A DNA stretch of 64,000 bases from Candidatus Bathyarchaeota archaeon (GCA_963714275.1 CAVQNT010000002.1:288001-352000), one strand, 5' to 3'; positions 10,782 to 20,580 are shown, counted from the first letter of the stretch. Translations and numbers: made by a program. Notes: generated by a model not told the origin, from the letters alone.

Positions 10782-11584
10782 TTTTTCTCATCCTCTAAGC
10801 CTAAGTTGTTTATCATTTCCTCAACTTCTTTAGGCTTCTCAAATTTTATTTTTGTATCATGTATTTCTTTCAGTTTATCCAATTCCGATTGATTAAGATA
10901 ACGAATTTCTTGATTTATTATTGCTAGGTCAGTATAATCTCTGCCTACTCCTGGTGCTGCTTCAGCTCTACGTTTTGCTTCATATACTAAGAAAACTGCT
11001 TTATTTAGATTCAAGCTTGTATTATAATTGTTAAATATAAAGGCAGACATGGCATGAGGGTAGCCTGAGCCAAAACCACAAAAACCCAGAGGATTAAAAC
11101 ACTGACTTACACCAGGGTCAACAAGACAATATAGATGGGCTCCAATTTGGTCAACACCTACAATAATCATCTGCAAGTTTATTTCAGCTTCGCTCAAGGC
11201 TTTATCAAGCCTCATAGATATATTTGGGTCCATTGCTCTTTGTGCACCACTATAAAAATCCACTAATGTAAGTCCTCTCGGTTTAAGTTCAGCTTCTTCA
11301 AATCTTTTCTTTCTTTCATTTACAAAGGCTTTTTTTATTTCTTCAACTAATTGTGGGATTTGAGATATTGCAGATGAACCAATGCTAGCTTTTGCTGACT
11401 GCAAGATTTCGTGTTTTATTAAAGCGTCTCCAGCAGTCATAACAACACATGATTTTGTTATTTCTTCTATTTTGGGTTCCAATGTTTCAAATTCAACTGA
11501 AAGCCCCTCTTGTGTTAACATTCTATCGGCTGCAACTATAGCACTTTTCCCTCCACTGCAAATTGCACCAACGATAATTGTCAA
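10778..11584 (-). CDS. Proteasome-beta-like Ntn hydrolase
   Basis: TTG start at 11584 gives M-TIIVG..AIVAADR..K..GSG, placing Thr at position 1 after Met removal. Confidence 0.75.
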   Translation of the reverse strand: MTIIVGAICSGGKSAIVAADRMLTQEGLSVEFETLEPKIEEITKSCVVMTAGDALIKHEILQSAKASIGSSAISQIPQLVEEIKKAFVNERKKRFEEAELKPRGLTLVDFYSGAQRAMDPNISMRLDKALSEAEINLQMIIVGVDQIGAHLYCLVDPGVSQCFNPLGFCGFGSGYPHAMSAFIFNNYNTSLNLNKAVFLVYEAKRRAEAAPGVGRDYTDLAIINQEIRYLNQSELDKLKEIHDTKIKFEKPKEVEEMINNLGLEDEKK

Positions 11585-11960
11585 AGGATTCCCTTTCCTG
11601 TTTCCAAGCACTTAATACAATGCTCTGGTGTTATATCAAAGTTACTTAAAACTTTTCTATAATATTTGTGAACTTCAAACATAGACTATAATCCAATATA
11701 GAACTCTTGTTATGACCCGATGGTTAACATGGTTCTCCATGACCTGAAAAGATAACAAACTATGCAAAAGATGAGCAGTTAATAATAAAAATAAAACAAA
11801 GCTTGGAAAAAACCAGAAAATACTTTAACTCAACAAACAAGGTTGACTGGACTCAAAGGTTCTATCAATATACTTCTGATTTGATGAAACAGAAATAGCT
11901 GTCTAGATATTAAATTATGTGTTGGTTTTAAACGGTTCCTGCATATTGTAAACCTTTATT

Positions 11961-12230
11961 TTATTTGATTTCTATGAGTTGCATGGCTTCGTGGAAGTAG
12001 TTGAGCACGTTTATGCCTTTCTCTGTGATCTTGTAGGTTATGTGGCATCCCAACTCTTCAGAAGTAATCAGCTTTTGCTCTATCATTGTGTCGAGAACAT
12101 GCTTAAGAGGTTTCCAAGAAAGATTAGTTCGATACATAATTCGTGTTGGCTTGTCGACACCTTTCTTTATTGCCTGTAAAATGTCAAGGTAAATTTCAAT
12201 CCGTGAACGTTTAGTACTCACATTAAACAC
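11961..12230 (-). CDS. Winged-helix regulator, paralog of 46148..46417
   Basis: KRSRIEIYLDIL..KPTRIMYRTNLSW..YKITEKG. Confidence 0.85.
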   Translation of the reverse strand: MFNVSTKRSRIEIYLDILQAIKKGVDKPTRIMYRTNLSWKPLKHVLDTMIEQKLITSEELGCHITYKITEKGINVLNYFHEAMQLIEIK

Positions 12231-12569
12231 CTATTATCTAGCTAATTTTTTCTTATTGAGTTTTAACCGAGAAACACATGTAATTACAATTAACATTAAG
12301 ATTATGAACCAAAGGGACAGACGTTGGATCTTTCTTAAGGGTCGCTAACAATGTGCGTCTCTCTACACAACACAAAAATTCATGAGAAAAAACATTCGTT
12401 TAGTTAAGAATCAGTAACATTCAAAAAAGAAATTACATGAGTAAGTGAGGAAATGGTTCAAAGCCTCTCAGCCAGAACCAGTTAAGACTCAAGTTGAATA
12501 GGCTCTAAACCTTTCCAGAGAAAGGAAGGGTCCTCTTTTCTTTATATAATTTTCCAAAGTTAAAAGCGA

Positions 12570-12604
12570 GTGCATTAAATTTTAACCCCCCAACCCTAAA
12601 CTAA
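12570..12604 (+). repeat. Junction motif GTGC + AT palindrome + C-rich arm
   Basis: GTGCATTAAATTTTAACCCCCCAACCCTAAAC; similar at 55312 and 62879. Confidence 0.7.
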
Positions 12605-12694
12605 CTTTTCCGTTCCTTCTCTTTTCCTATTAGCAATGTATCTAATGCAAGAGAGCTAAGCTTCTTAACTAGCCTTTTTTTTGTCTTAATACTT

Positions 12695-13018
12695 CTATTT
12701 TCGCTCTAGCTTGAAGATTACTGGTCTTAATCCGTCTGGGCAACATGCTACTGCAACTCCAGGTTCCTCATACCACTCAGGATACCAGGGATTGCCACCA
12801 AACCTGAGCGTCATAATCATCGCGAACATTGCCTCCCAAGCCCAGGTGCAAAACTCGCTTGGCCTACAACAGTATTCATCAACCTGGAATACCTGTCCTT
12901 CTTTGAAGACGGGACATGGACCACTATACTTTGCCTTGATTGGAAGATCTTTGAATACCTCTTTGGTGTCAAAACGCTTGAGCACTGTAATCTCTAAGTA
13001 ACTTGCCTTCCTCTCCAA
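12695..13018 (-). CDS. TIGR04076-like Cys-rich protein
   Basis: GPCPVFKEGQ, FCTWAW, ACCPDGLRPVIFKLER. Confidence 0.8.
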   Translation of the reverse strand: MERKASYLEITVLKRFDTKEVFKDLPIKAKYSGPCPVFKEGQVFQVDEYCCRPSEFCTWAWEAMFAMIMTLRFGGNPWYPEWYEEPGVAVACCPDGLRPVIFKLERK

Positions 13019-13077
13019 ATAAACACCTCACATATTGTCTAACCCGTGCACTTTTATGGCTTATGGAAGGACCTTCG

Positions 13078-13102
13078 TTTGGGTTTGGTGTTAAATTTTA
13101 AT
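13078..13102 (+). repeat. Junction motif G-rich arm + AT palindrome
   Basis: TTTGGGTTTGGTGTTAAATTTTAAT, inverted relative to 12570. Confidence 0.6.
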
Positions 13103-13212
13103 TAAATAATAATAATAAGCCTTACGAAATAATGCCCTCTCTCCCCTTAGCTTCACGGATTCTTTAAGTAGGTTTTAAGCTCACTCTAAAACCCTTTAAG
13201 GATGGGTTTGTT

Positions 13213-13518
13213 TTGGGTAAGACTGTTCCTTCCTTTCGTATGATGCTTGAGTCGGAGATTGCTAAGTGGAAAGAATTCATAAAGGCTCTTCCAGGCAACT
13301 CAGACAAAGAAGCCTTTGAAGAGTTAATGAACCATTGCCGCAGTTACGCGTCAGCTGCGGGAGCTGCTGTTAGACCAATCGTGTCAGATGCCATGTTCAT
13401 GTCCATTCTCTTAGCTCACGAAAAAGAACTAAGAGAGATCAAGGCTTCACTAGAAAAACTTAACAATACAGCAAATGACGAACGAAAATTACCGATTGTT
13501 CCTGCCGGACAAACATGA
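13213..13518 (+). CDS. Small helical protein resembling the PolB2-associated arCOG07300 family
   Basis: MGKTVPSFR...W..F...AMFMSILL pattern, recognised from memory. Confidence 0.55.
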   Translation: MGKTVPSFRMMLESEIAKWKEFIKALPGNSDKEAFEELMNHCRSYASAAGAAVRPIVSDAMFMSILLAHEKELREIKASLEKLNNTANDERKLPIVPAGQT

Positions 13519-13569
13519 GACAGAGATTATCACCCAAATATTCAGAAAGAACGAAGGAGAAGCAATCAA

Positions 13570-13818
13570 GTGAAAATTCACCATTGGGTCTCAAGAAAAA
13601 AGTACCTACGCAATAAGGCTGCCTATGGATATGAAAGGTTATGTGTACCCGTACCTAAACGGTCACAAAACATCGTAAGACCCTTTGCTGGCAAGGATGT
13701 CAAAATTAAAATAGAACCACAAGAAGACGGCTTTACAATGCAAGTTCACCTTTCCTCCCGCCCCAAAACTTCTAAAGACATGAAAAATGACGATAAAAAG
13801 GCTTCACGAACCCCGTAA
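13570..13818 (+). CDS. Small basic protein, possibly AbrB-like; homolog at 48367
   Basis: SRKKYL..YGYERL.VPVPKR.QNIVRPF. Confidence 0.6.
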   Translation: MKIHHWVSRKKYLRNKAAYGYERLCVPVPKRSQNIVRPFAGKDVKIKIEPQEDGFTMQVHLSSRPKTSKDMKNDDKKASRTP

Positions 13819-14092
13819 AACCGTTTATGCGCACCGAAAAACACCCCGTCAAAATCCCCACTTCTGCACATGCCCAAGCCGTGAATTTGACAAAAAAATG
13901 TGCATCAGTCTTAAGTGCGGTTCTTAATTGCGATTTTGCTATAGGGCATTTCTGTACACAGAAACGTTTTCGCCTATAGGACCTCGTATTGCATAAATTT
14001 GTGTAAAAAGCTGAAAAACCCCAAGCCCAAAAATTCGTTATTCATGCAGCCTTGATGGCTGAAGCTTGTCTGTTTAAGGGCTTGTTGAGGAC

Positions 14093-14479
14093 ATGACAGG
14101 AAATGGGAAACCAGGACTTTCGGTCTTTAAGGGTAGAGAAGCAAGACTGAACAGAATGATCCTTCTCTTTCTTTGCAGGGAATGTTGTTTGAACATTTGG
14201 CAAGTCTATAAGAGGGTAAGAGAAACCCGAGGTTTTCGGCATCTAAGATACCATGTTATTAACAGACGCATAAGAGATCTGGAGCAAGAAGGATTCATCG
14301 AAGTAACGACGGTAAGAGAGACGCCTCAAGGACAAAAAGTGAAATACTTCCAGCCCACCACGAAAACCTACCTTGCTTTCCTCCTGGATGCCGTTGACCT
14401 TGACCAACTCATACAATCAGCAAACAAAACAGACATCATCACGTTACTAGCAGCCTTATCAACCACAACTATGACTTAG
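14093..14479 (+). CDS. Winged-helix DNA-binding protein
   Basis: YHVINRRIRDLEQEGFIEV..KVKYFQPT. Confidence 0.7.
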   Translation: MTGNGKPGLSVFKGREARLNRMILLFLCRECCLNIWQVYKRVRETRGFRHLRYHVINRRIRDLEQEGFIEVTTVRETPQGQKVKYFQPTTKTYLAFLLDAVDLDQLIQSANKTDIITLLAALSTTTMT

Positions 14480-14709
14480 AATCCTTATTTTCTTAAGAAG
14501 CCAAGGAACATATGTTGCTAAATAAAAAATTTTTAAGGAAAAATGCTAAGGGTTACCTGCTGGTAGCATAAACTAGTTTAATTCAGTATTCATTCACACT
14601 TATTTTATGTTGATGTTGGGAACATTAACATAATTGACTTATATTTAATAAAATATATAGAAAAAGATAGATTTGGTTTAATAAAATGATTAGGATGTGA
14701 AGAAATACA

Positions 14710-15330
14710 TTGGAGGATAAGGAGCCACATAAGAACCGAATAAACCTAAACCCAATAACTAGGTTGTTTGAGAATCCCAAAAGAAGTATTGAACCTTATG
14801 TCAGAGAGGGTCAAGTGGCTGCTGACCTTGGATGTAACACAGGCTATTATACGTTCGCTTTGGCTGATTGCGTAGCTCCTAAAGGAATGGTCTACGCAGT
14901 GGATTTAAAAGAAGAATATATCAATGCGTTGGAGAAAAAAGGAGATAGACTCGGTTACCACAATATTGAATGGCACACTGCTAATGCTTCAAACCTGAAC
15001 TTTATCAAAGACGAGTCAGTTGATTTTGTCCTAGCTAATGGATTATTATGTAATGTTCCCGACAATAGAGGGTTAATTGTAAATGAAATACAACGTATCC
15101 TCAAACCAACAGGACAGGCGTTTATTAGCCTAGGCGGGGTTTCGCCCTTTTTTGGTTTTGTGGGGCGAGCAGAATGGGAGCGAATCCTTGAGACATTCAT
15201 CGTCAATCAGAGAGGCGGTTTCATTCAAAAATGGGCAGCAGTATCAAAAAAAGAAAACAGTAAATACATAGAAGGAAACAATGTTAAACGCCTAAGATTC
15301 CTCAAACTTAGAAAGAAAGCTGGCGAATAG
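14710..15330 (+). CDS. Class I SAM-dependent methyltransferase
   Basis: ADLGCNTG, VYAVD, DESVDFV, RILKPTG. Confidence 0.85.
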   Translation: MEDKEPHKNRINLNPITRLFENPKRSIEPYVREGQVAADLGCNTGYYTFALADCVAPKGMVYAVDLKEEYINALEKKGDRLGYHNIEWHTANASNLNFIKDESVDFVLANGLLCNVPDNRGLIVNEIQRILKPTGQAFISLGGVSPFFGFVGRAEWERILETFIVNQRGGFIQKWAAVSKKENSKYIEGNNVKRLRFLKLRKKAGE

Positions 15331-15362
15331 CGCGTTAACTTAAAAGATATTGGGGTGATAAA

Positions 15363-15833
15363 ATGGGATATTGGCTCCCTAACTTGGTCAATCCTGTCCT
15401 TGAGCTTATTCTACGTTCACCTTTTCGCTTCCTGTTACCTGAGTCCTGGGTGATACTGACTTACACGGGAAGAAAGACACATAAGAAACGCTCGCTAGTT
15501 TTTCATGTCGCACAGTACAGAGATGAGTTTATTGTCGTGCCTGGATGCTTTGGTGAATTACCAACTTGGTGGCGCAACTTTCGCAAAGAGTCACCGGTCA
15601 ACCTGTTTTACAGAGGAAAATCAATGGAATGTTTCGCGAGAGTAATCGAAGACGATGAAACAGTTGCGGTGCCTAGGCTCGCAGAGTATATACGGCATTT
15701 CCATGCGTCAAGCATTGGAATTAAGGCTGATACAACGGAAGAGATGTTCAACAAGTTAGTAATAAAGGCTGCCAAGACTTTCCCAATTGTGGCCATAAGG
15801 CCAAGATCTAGCGTCAGCGGTGGTGCGTACTAA
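15363..15833 (+). CDS. Deazaflavin (F420)-dependent nitroreductase-family protein
   Basis: LTYTGRKT, WWRNF motifs. Confidence 0.75.
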   Translation: MGYWLPNLVNPVLELILRSPFRFLLPESWVILTYTGRKTHKKRSLVFHVAQYRDEFIVVPGCFGELPTWWRNFRKESPVNLFYRGKSMECFARVIEDDETVAVPRLAEYIRHFHASSIGIKADTTEEMFNKLVIKAAKTFPIVAIRPRSSVSGGAY

Positions 15834-15874
15834 AAAGTAATTGATGCGTATGTAGATCTAGTTGGCTCTTTTTT

Positions 15875-15907
15875 AGACAGACAGAGAAAAAGATTAATTT
15901 TTAATGA
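15875..15907 (-). repeat. Junction motif: AT palindrome + pyrimidine arm (candidate empty site)
   Basis: AGAAAAAGATTAATTTTTAATGA matches GAGAAAGATTAAAATTTAATGA at 62616. Confidence 0.55.
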
Positions 15908-15917
15908 TGTAAAAAAG

Positions 15918-16106
15918 CTATGAAAAATCTTTACCAAACTTGGATAACGATGAAAGGCCTTGTTTATAAATTCTTTTTATCTTAAAATTCCTGTCGAAAT
16001 GAACCTTAATCACTTCACACTTAGGATTCGGACAGATAAAACCTGACTTTCCCTGCCTATGTAAAATTGAACCGCACACTGGACATCTAGGTTCAGCCTT
16101 TTTCAA
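15918..16106 (-). CDS. Small Zn-ribbon protein
   Basis: CPVC...CPNPKC. Confidence 0.55.
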   Translation of the reverse strand: MKKAEPRCPVCGSILHRQGKSGFICPNPKCEVIKVHFDRNFKIKRIYKQGLSSLSKFGKDFS

Positions 16107-16208
16107 CCCTTAAACCACACAAAAAGAATAAAATAAAAGATATTAGAGTTTCGAACATTCGCTACGCTAAGTTAAATCGATATCATGAATTTATTATATT
16201 TATTATAC

Positions 16209-16275
16209 TGTCCTTTGTCGGGGTCTGCAAAGGACAGTGTCCTTTGCTGGGGCGTTTAAAGGATAGTGTCCTTTG
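16209..16275. promoter_or_regulatory. Palindromic iterons (parS- or operator-like)
   Basis: TGTCCTTTG at 16209, 16238 and 16267 (29-bp period); perfect inverted repeat GCAAAGGACA-G-TGTCCTTTGC at 16227-16247. Confidence 0.75.
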
Positions 16276-16330
16276 CGGGCGCCAGAAATGTCTTATAGTT
16301 TTGTTTCAACAAACATTTAAGGTGACATAA

Positions 16331-16591
16331 TTGGTCAGTTTAGTGGAGTCTTGGGAAGACCTAGAAGAATACGCGAAATGGTGCAGAACCGGCGCCTACC
16401 AGACCCGGGAAACGGTTGAAGGCATCGAACTACGGATCTTCACCGGCAAGTACGGCTTTGTAAAATGTTTCAAGGAAACGCAGGATCCCCTGTATAGTCA
16501 CATCTTAGACTTCTGCAAAACGGAAGGGTTCATTAAAGTCCTGGGCAACGTGCCAGACGACCTCTTCTTTTCTGTGCATAGGGAATCCTAG
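16331..16591 (+). CDS. Small hypothetical protein, paralog of 18581..18841
   Basis: W..LEEYA.WC..G.YQT.ET..G.E.R...G..GF pattern shared with 18581. Confidence 0.7.
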   Translation: MVSLVESWEDLEEYAKWCRTGAYQTRETVEGIELRIFTGKYGFVKCFKETQDPLYSHILDFCKTEGFIKVLGNVPDDLFFSVHRES

Positions 16592-16646
16592 CTAGCGCGT
16601 GAAACCAAAAGCCCTTATCGTCAAACAAGTGAAGGAGGCTTAAACG

Positions 16647-18182
16647 TTGACAGAATTCAAGTCTGCGACTAACCTGGAGAACGCTTTTGCTCAGCTCCTG
16701 AAAAAGTCAGCGAGGGAAGTCGTGAAGGTCTTCGAGTTCTCCGAGGACAACGATGTTGTTGTTGCTCATCAATTACCCACCGCTTACATAGACCGCGAGG
16801 ACTGGCTCAAAGTTCACCACGCCTGCAGAGAAGCTGGAGGACAATCCAAAAAGGACGAGGAATCTGGCCACTGGTTTTTCAGGTTCCCGAAAGCAGCCGC
16901 TCCTTCCACTCAAGAAATTAACAAGGCTCCCAACCACGGACCGGGACTGCAGACAGCGGCTGCCGGACAACCAGAACAGATACAACCCCCTACCCCTTCG
17001 ATGCAGAAGTGGAATCCTGAATACCCAGCCAAAGACGCCCCTGTAACGCCAGGATACTACCCTGAGTTTCCAGTTGACCGCATCGTTCAGCCCGCTTTCA
17101 ATTTTCGACAAGACCTCAAAGACGGAATAAACGCTTTAATGGCAGAGATCCACGCTGCAGGCATGATCATTGAACCCATAATCTGCAGGCCTGCGACAGC
17201 AACAGGCTACGTTATTATTGGTCCTGGAGAAAGAAGGCTTTACGCGTCCAAGCAGCTTGGCATGAAGACGGTGCCCGTCATTGTCAAGGACCTTAATGAC
17301 GTCGAGTTTGACAGGGTAAGGCTGCTCGAGAACCTGGCACGCAAAGACCTCACAGACATGGAAACCGCGAGGATCCTCAAGTACCTCATGGACAAGTACC
17401 CGCAGGAATACCCCACCCAGGAAGCCCTAGCGCAGGCTTTTGGTAAGCCACAAAATTGGGTTTCTCGACATCTCGCTATGCTTCAGCTTGAGAAAGATGA
17501 AATTATACCACGTGGTATAATAGAGACGGAAAAGCTGTCCGAAGGGCAAGCTCGAGAGATCATAGCAGCCCCTCCAGAGAAACGTGAGGAAGTCGCTAAG
17601 GCAATAGCTGAACACATCGAAGCCGAAGGCAAACCTCCATCCATGGCTGATATCCGTAAGGTATCAAGGCCTGATGAAGGGCAAAGGGTTCGTTGTGCCC
17701 GCTGCGGAAATCCCACGTACAAGCCTGTTGAAGTAGACGGAGAACAGTATTGCCAGGTTTGCAGTGCCATAGTTAAGTCTAAGCCAAAACCGAAAGAAAC
17801 ATCGGAATCAGTTCCGAAGCCCCTTATAAGCAGGCAAGGAACTGAACCAGAGCCCCAACCTAAACCCTTAAAACGTGTTTTTCCAGCAGGCACATTGCCA
17901 TGCGACACTTGCGTCAATGGCGGAGAATGTGCACAAGACAAGTCCTATGTCATGGATTCTGAAGAATGGACATGCGACAGTGACATCGAAAGATCTCCCG
18001 AAAAAGAACAGCCTTCTCAAAACCTTAAACCGGACGAGAAAGAAGGGGAACCAGAACCTATCGACACTGGCATGCTCTTTGATTGTCCAATCTGCCACGA
18101 AACCTACACCATCATTCACGTTGCTAAGGGCAAGCATAGGCTGCAGCCAATTATGGTCATGGAGGAAAAGAAGGATGCCTGA
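16647..18182 (+). CDS. ParB/RepB/Spo0J-family protein with C-terminal Zn ribbons
   Basis: IIEPIICR, GPGERRL, LLENLARKDL, HTH (TQEALAQAFGKPQNWVS), CARC/CQVC/CPIC. Confidence 0.85.
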   Translation: MTEFKSATNLENAFAQLLKKSAREVVKVFEFSEDNDVVVAHQLPTAYIDREDWLKVHHACREAGGQSKKDEESGHWFFRFPKAAAPSTQEINKAPNHGPGLQTAAAGQPEQIQPPTPSMQKWNPEYPAKDAPVTPGYYPEFPVDRIVQPAFNFRQDLKDGINALMAEIHAAGMIIEPIICRPATATGYVIIGPGERRLYASKQLGMKTVPVIVKDLNDVEFDRVRLLENLARKDLTDMETARILKYLMDKYPQEYPTQEALAQAFGKPQNWVSRHLAMLQLEKDEIIPRGIIETEKLSEGQAREIIAAPPEKREEVAKAIAEHIEAEGKPPSMADIRKVSRPDEGQRVRCARCGNPTYKPVEVDGEQYCQVCSAIVKSKPKPKETSESVPKPLISRQGTEPEPQPKPLKRVFPAGTLPCDTCVNGGECAQDKSYVMDSEEWTCDSDIERSPEKEQPSQNLKPDEKEGEPEPIDTGMLFDCPICHETYTIIHVAKGKHRLQPIMVMEEKKDA

Positions 18183-18546
18183 ATTCATCCGCCTCAGCCA
18201 AATTTACAAGTTCGTTCCCCTTTCTGAACGTGTCTGCGGAGGCAAACACCCCCAGGAAAATGTGGGCTGCGGCAAACCCATACTCCGCAACGCAGCACTC
18301 CTCGATGGCGTGCTGATGCATTATGGCTGCCTCAAAAAATCGTGCCTTGAACCCACGCACATGTGCAACAACTGCGGCAGCTTCCTCACGCCGAAGAAGA
18401 TTGTAACCATCCTTTTTCGGGGAGAAAACTTCAAGAGCTGCGGATTGTGCGGCAGCAGCGACATTTTCAGTTTAGGCTGGAATAGGCAGCAGACAATCAC
18501 CGTTTCTCATCAAAAAATGATCAACGAATTACCTGAGCAAACATAG
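18175..18546 (+). CDS. Multi-Zn-finger protein
   Basis: ATG overlaps ParB end; CGKPI..HYGC, CNNC, CGLC. Confidence 0.65.
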   Translation: MPEFIRLSQIYKFVPLSERVCGGKHPQENVGCGKPILRNAALLDGVLMHYGCLKKSCLEPTHMCNNCGSFLTPKKIVTILFRGENFKSCGLCGSSDIFSLGWNRQQTITVSHQKMINELPEQT

Positions 18547-18580
18547 ATACAAACTTTACAGAAGAGGAGGAAAAAACGAG

Positions 18581-18841
18581 TTGGTTAACATCGTGAAAGA
18601 CTGGAACCAAATTGAAGAATACGCTGAATATTGCCATATCGGACAATACCAAACCACAGAAACCCTAGACGGCAAGGAAATACGCGTTCTTGTAGGCAGG
18701 TTTGGCTTCATACGGCGATTCAAAGACGAGAAAGACGATCTTTTCAAACACATCATCAACTATTGCCAACACAACGGATTCGTCGAAGTTGTAAGTAACA
18801 TCCCCGAAGAACAGTTCTTCAAAACAGCAATATTGGAATAG
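18581..18841 (+). CDS. Small hypothetical protein, paralog of 16331..16591
   Basis: Aligns end to end with the 16331 protein; GGAGG RBS. Confidence 0.7.
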   Translation: MVNIVKDWNQIEEYAEYCHIGQYQTTETLDGKEIRVLVGRFGFIRRFKDEKDDLFKHIINYCQHNGFVEVVSNIPEEQFFKTAILE

Positions 18842-18853
18842 AAGGGCAAGGGA

Positions 18854-20198
18854 ATGGCTGGCTTCCACAGCTCCGTCGGCGTCTCCTTTTCACCAAAGCA
18901 GGTTAACAGCTGGATGTCGGATCATCATGTGGATCCGCCTGCCCAGTCCCCTAATTGCCCAGAATGCGGATCAACCAAAGCCTGGAAAGACGGGTTTAGA
19001 CATGCAGAACAAGGCCTAGTGCAAAGATGGCTCTGCAGAAGCTGCGGAAAAAGGTTTAGCCAATCAAGCCTAACCAATAAAAAGGAGAACCAGCTTAATT
19101 TAATGTACCAAGTATGCGTTGCTGACGGAGTTACGAAAAACTTGGACATAATAGAAACCCGAACACAGGATCAGGCTGCGGGAGTCTACATTAATACAGG
19201 AACAATCAAAGAGTGACCTACTAAGAGATTTTTCAGAAAGTTTACGGGCTACGCTTTTAAAAATGGCTGTGGAGCTCTTAAAAGACGGTAAAGAGGAAAG
19301 CACAATCAAAGCGTACATCAAGGACCTTCGTAATTTGGTTATAAAAAAAGCAAACCTTTACGACCCGGAAAATGTGAAGGAAGTAATTGCACTTCAGCAG
19401 TGGAGCGAAGGATATAAAAGAAACGTCACATTCGCCTACGAAGCCTTTCTGAAGATCCTTAACGGAACTTGGAAACGACCAAAATACAAACATCGACCTA
19501 AAGAACCGTGGATTCCTCCTGAAGCTATGATTGACCAACTAATAGCACATGCCAGCAGAAAACTCTCCACCTTTATTCAAACAGCCAAGGAAACAGGAGC
19601 AAGACCTGGAGAAATCGCTCGAATTCGCTGGACAGACATGGATCTAAGTCATAACAGAATAAGCATAAATTATCCAGAAAAAGGCAGCAACCCAAGAACC
19701 ATCAACGTGTCCAACAGCCTAATCGCAAGATTAAACCTACTGCAAAAAGATTCCGAAATAGTCTTCGGCAAATTCAGCGCCCTAATCGCCATCACCGGAC
19801 TAATAAACCTCAGGCGCAACCTCTCCCAGAAGCTGCAGGATAACAGATTCCAGAAAATCAACTACATAATCCTCCGCCACTTCAAGGGAACCTGGGAATA
19901 CTATAACACAAAAGATATCCGCCACGTCCAATACGTCCTCGGCCACAAAAACATCCAAAACACCCTGATCTACGTGCAGATCGTGGAAACATGGCAGGTC
20001 AAGCCAGACATGTGGACCTCAAAGGTCGCGCACAATGTTGAGGAAACGTGCAAGCTCGTCGAGACAGGATTCGAGTATGTAGGCTGCATCCACGGAGCAG
20101 AAATTTTCCGAAGGCCTAAGCAGCTTGAAGAAACGTTGCCACAGCAAGAGGAACATAAAGAAACAGTGCCACAGCATAAAGAAACGATTAAATCTTAG
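18854..20198 (+). CDS. Tyrosine recombinase with N-terminal Zn ribbon; frameshift near 19180
   Basis: CPECGS..KDG..QRWLCRSCGKRF; TGARPGE, EKGS, ILRH, LGHKNIQNTLIY; the integrase frame is open upstream of 19263. Confidence 0.85.
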
Positions 20199-20236
20199 TT
20201 AGCCATTATTTTGATGCGTAGAGGTAAGGTGAGATT

Positions 20237-20518
20237 ATGGCGATCAAGGCTTATGTGCTGATGAAAGTGAATTCAGGTTCTGAAAGAGAAGTCTGCAAAC
20301 AAATTTCTGAGCTCGACCAGGTTTTGGACGTGAGCATAATCTATGGCGAATTCGATATTATCGCCAAGGTTCTGGTAGATGAGTCTGAGTCGCTTGAAGC
20401 CTTCCTTTCCGAGAACGTGCGCAACATTCCGAGCATCATGCTGACATCAACGATGATTGTGGCACGTGAATACAAGGGAAAAAACAAACGTAACTCCCTC
20501 AAAGCAGAGAACCAATAA
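20237..20518 (+). CDS. Lrp/AsnC ligand-binding-domain protein
   Basis: KAYVLMKV..G.E..IYGEFDIIAKV..TSTMIV. Confidence 0.88.
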   Translation: MAIKAYVLMKVNSGSEREVCKQISELDQVLDVSIIYGEFDIIAKVLVDESESLEAFLSENVRNIPSIMLTSTMIVAREYKGKNKRNSLKAENQ

Positions 20519-20580
20519 AAGTCCAAAAAAAGACTGACATATTTGAATCTTGAACATGAATTTGACATAATTCTCATTTT

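Larger units (their letters stand above)
16209..20198 (+). mobile_element. Integrated element: ParB-Zn operon ending in a Zn-ribbon tyrosine recombinase
   Basis: Co-directional, closely packed genes with higher GC than the left flank; integrase at the right end; exact borders not found. Confidence 0.65.

Noticed and set aside
18854-19216. IS1 transposase
   Set aside because: Zn ribbon only, no DDE domain; it leads into a tyrosine recombinase.
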